NCBI RefSeq assembly: GCF_902713615.1
Contig: NC_052152.1
Location: forward strand, 41,701,810 to 41,765,809
Direction of reading: 5' to 3'
DNA: 64,000 nucleotides
Source of the DNA: Scyliorhinus canicula
Lineage: Eukaryota
The position numbers and the translations under genes were made by a program. Below are positions 62,073 through 64,000 of the stretch, piece after piece. The notes under the pieces are model-generated. The model was given only the letters and a program-made list of their open reading frames with translations, was not told the DNA's origin and made no database searches. Within the stretch, counting starts at the first letter, position 1. Each line of letters starts with the position of its first letter.

Positions 62073-62735
62073 GGGCGGAATTCTCCGCAGGGGGCCGAAT
62101 TCATGAAGGCCGTCGTGAACTCGACCGAGATTCAAGACGGCCTCGGAGCCCGCTCCCCGCACCTAATTCACCCCCGCCCGGGGGGCTAGGAGCGGGCCTC
62201 CGTCTTTCTCAGCAGCGACCTCGTCACGCCGAGAATGTGAAGTCATCTGCGCTGGTTCCAATCCGTGCATGCACGGATGACTTTATCGTGCAGACGGCAC
62301 GAACCCGCACATGCGCGGAGCCGTCTTTCTCCACCGCCGCCCGGCAAGACGTGGCGGCTTGATCTTGCTGGGCGGCGGAGGGGAAAGAGTGCGTCCGTTT
62401 TGGACGCTGGCCCGACGATCGGTGGGCACGATCGCGGGCCTGTCCTCTCCCGAGCACAGTCGTGGTGCTCCCGTCCTAATCGGGCCCCTAGATGCCCCAA
62501 ACGGGCATCTGGCGCCTGTTTCATGAATGCAGCGACCAGGTGTGGTTGCTGCCGTGTCCAACGGGCATGAAGGCCCGGCCGCTCGGCCTCGGAGAATCGC
62601 CGCTCGTCGTAAAAATGGCGAGCGGCAATTCGTGGCGTTGGGGGGGGGGGGGGAGAATAGCAGGATGGCGGGAAAAATGACGGGAGACCCTCCCGCTATT
62701 CTCCCACCCGGCGTGGGGGGCGGAGAATCGCGCCC
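62073..62735. mobile_element. Harbinger-like MITE
   Basis: GGGCGGAATTCTCC / GGAGAATCGCGCCC; TSD CAT. Confidence 0.85.
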
Positions 62736-63376
62736 CATATGTCTGCTTCTTCTCTTTGACCAGGGCCTCAATATCCCCGTAGGGAACATCCAGGGTTCCC
62801 TACGTCTACGTCTTGCCCTTCACTCAATAAGGAATGTGCTTACCCTGAACCCTGGTTAACACACTTTTGAAAGCCTCCAACTTACCACCAGTCTCTTTGT
62901 CTGGAAAAAGACCATCTTGACATTCTAGTATGCTTTTCATACAGACAAAACTTACAAACACTGATATCATCAATGATTCCAACTGAAACTGGCTCAGACC
63001 AAAATTCTACACCAATAGATCAATTAAAATGCTAGTGTTTTAATTGGTGCGGTTAATTAAGATGTTTGAAATCTGTCTCCTGATGAGAATTTCGAAATTA
63101 AAAATAAAAAGTATTTACTGTGGTTTTTCGTATTCTTCCCAGCCCATTGGGATGGATAATTCAGAAGCAGTGCAACTTTCAAAGTTATTAACAAACCCCA
63201 TACAAGTTTATTTAATCACAAATACATTTAACAATTTATTACTGCCCTTCGTTTCCATAGATTAAAAGGACTGTAGTTGCAAAATAGGTTTCCATTCTCC
63301 TGACACTACACTTTTGATAACAGCTTTTTATTACTTATAATCAACATTAGCATGATAAATCCAACTGTACCTTACT

Positions 63377-63563
63377 GAAAATGAAAATTAAACGAAAATC
63401 GCTTATTGTCACGAGTAGGCTTCAATTAAGTTACTGTGAAAAGCCCCTAGTCGCCACATTCCGGCGCCTGTCCGGGGAGGCTGGTACGGGAATCGAACCA
63501 TGCTGCTGGCCTGCTTGGTCTGCTTTAAAAGCCAGCGATTTAGCCCAGAGCTAAACCAGCCCC
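63377..63563 (-). mobile_element. Short tRNA-derived SINE
   Basis: Reverse complement of the 12507 family. Confidence 0.85.
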
Positions 63564-63756
63564 TATACTCTGCTATATTTTGAAGATCTTCACAACTAGA
63601 AACTTAGATCTAGGGAATCAGCCGACCCGACAATATTTAGTCAATTTTTGTACTGAAAACAATGCTTCTTCTAATTTGAATTATGTAGCTTATGTAATGC
63701 AGCAGGCCAAAAGATTGAATTAATTTGTTGAATTAAAAAACTGAATTGGAGACAGT

Positions 63757-64000
63757 GGGCTGGATTCTCCAATTTTGTCCGGAGAATGGGTCTAGTCTTA
63801 GGATGGAAAAGTCAGCGCCACCCCGCACCGATGTTCTGCCCGGTAGGGGGGCTAGCAGCCGCGCCATGTCAAACCCCATGCGTTCCTGACAGAAACATCC
63901 GGAGAATTGCCGGGTTCGTGGCAGCGCACGGTGACAACATAGCCTACCAGATAGTGTCCCCCTGTAACCCCCCTCGCCACACCCCATCAGTCTCTCCAGG
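63757..64000. mobile_element. Start of a Harbinger-like TIR element (truncated by the window)
   Basis: GGGCTGGATTCTCC terminus, GC-rich interior. Confidence 0.65.

Larger units (their letters stand above)
59690..62880 (-). mobile_element. Decayed CR1 LINE interrupted by two TIR elements
   Basis: RT motifs NLIEFFEGVT..DFSKAFD..PHGRLL, GNYRLVSLTSVVGK; host rejoins across both inserts. Confidence 0.8.

Noticed and set aside
1-64000. CRISPR arrays, tRNA genes and rRNA genes
   Set aside because: No repeat-spacer arrays; tRNA-like A/B boxes are all SINE heads; no rRNA signatures.

Overview
Eukaryotic, repeat-dense genomic DNA, most likely from a shark (inferred from HE1-type SINEs, abundant CR1 LINEs and Penelope ends). 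Two protein-coding genes lie tail-to-tail. (1) On +, a B7-family IgV-IgC-IgV gene resembling HHLA2/B7-H7: phase-1 Ig exons at 1995-2315, 8117-8401 and 11340-11651, then a hydrophobic terminal exon at 22370-22476 whose reading frame stops immediately after the hydrophobic stretch. A diverged duplicate of that exon and its acceptor (about 26850-27075) has a stop before the hydrophobic part. The signal-peptide exon was not found. (2) On -, the last five coding exons of CIP2A/KIAA1524 (54243 to 43466), which splice into one open 234-aa frame. No MYH15 exons are seen between them, unlike the human locus. The rest is mostly mobile DNA: CR1 LINEs (one near-intact with esterase ORF1 and a TAATG stop-start junction), L1/Tx1-like LINEs, modular tRNA-derived SINEs, PIF/Harbinger-like TIR elements with 3-bp TSDs, Penelope-type fold-back inserts (one with hammerhead-ribozyme motifs), LTR remnants, hAT-like fragments and G/C-rich minisatellites. 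There is no CRISPR array, rRNA or genuine tRNA gene. Family assignments come from motif recognition and recalled homologues, not database searches.
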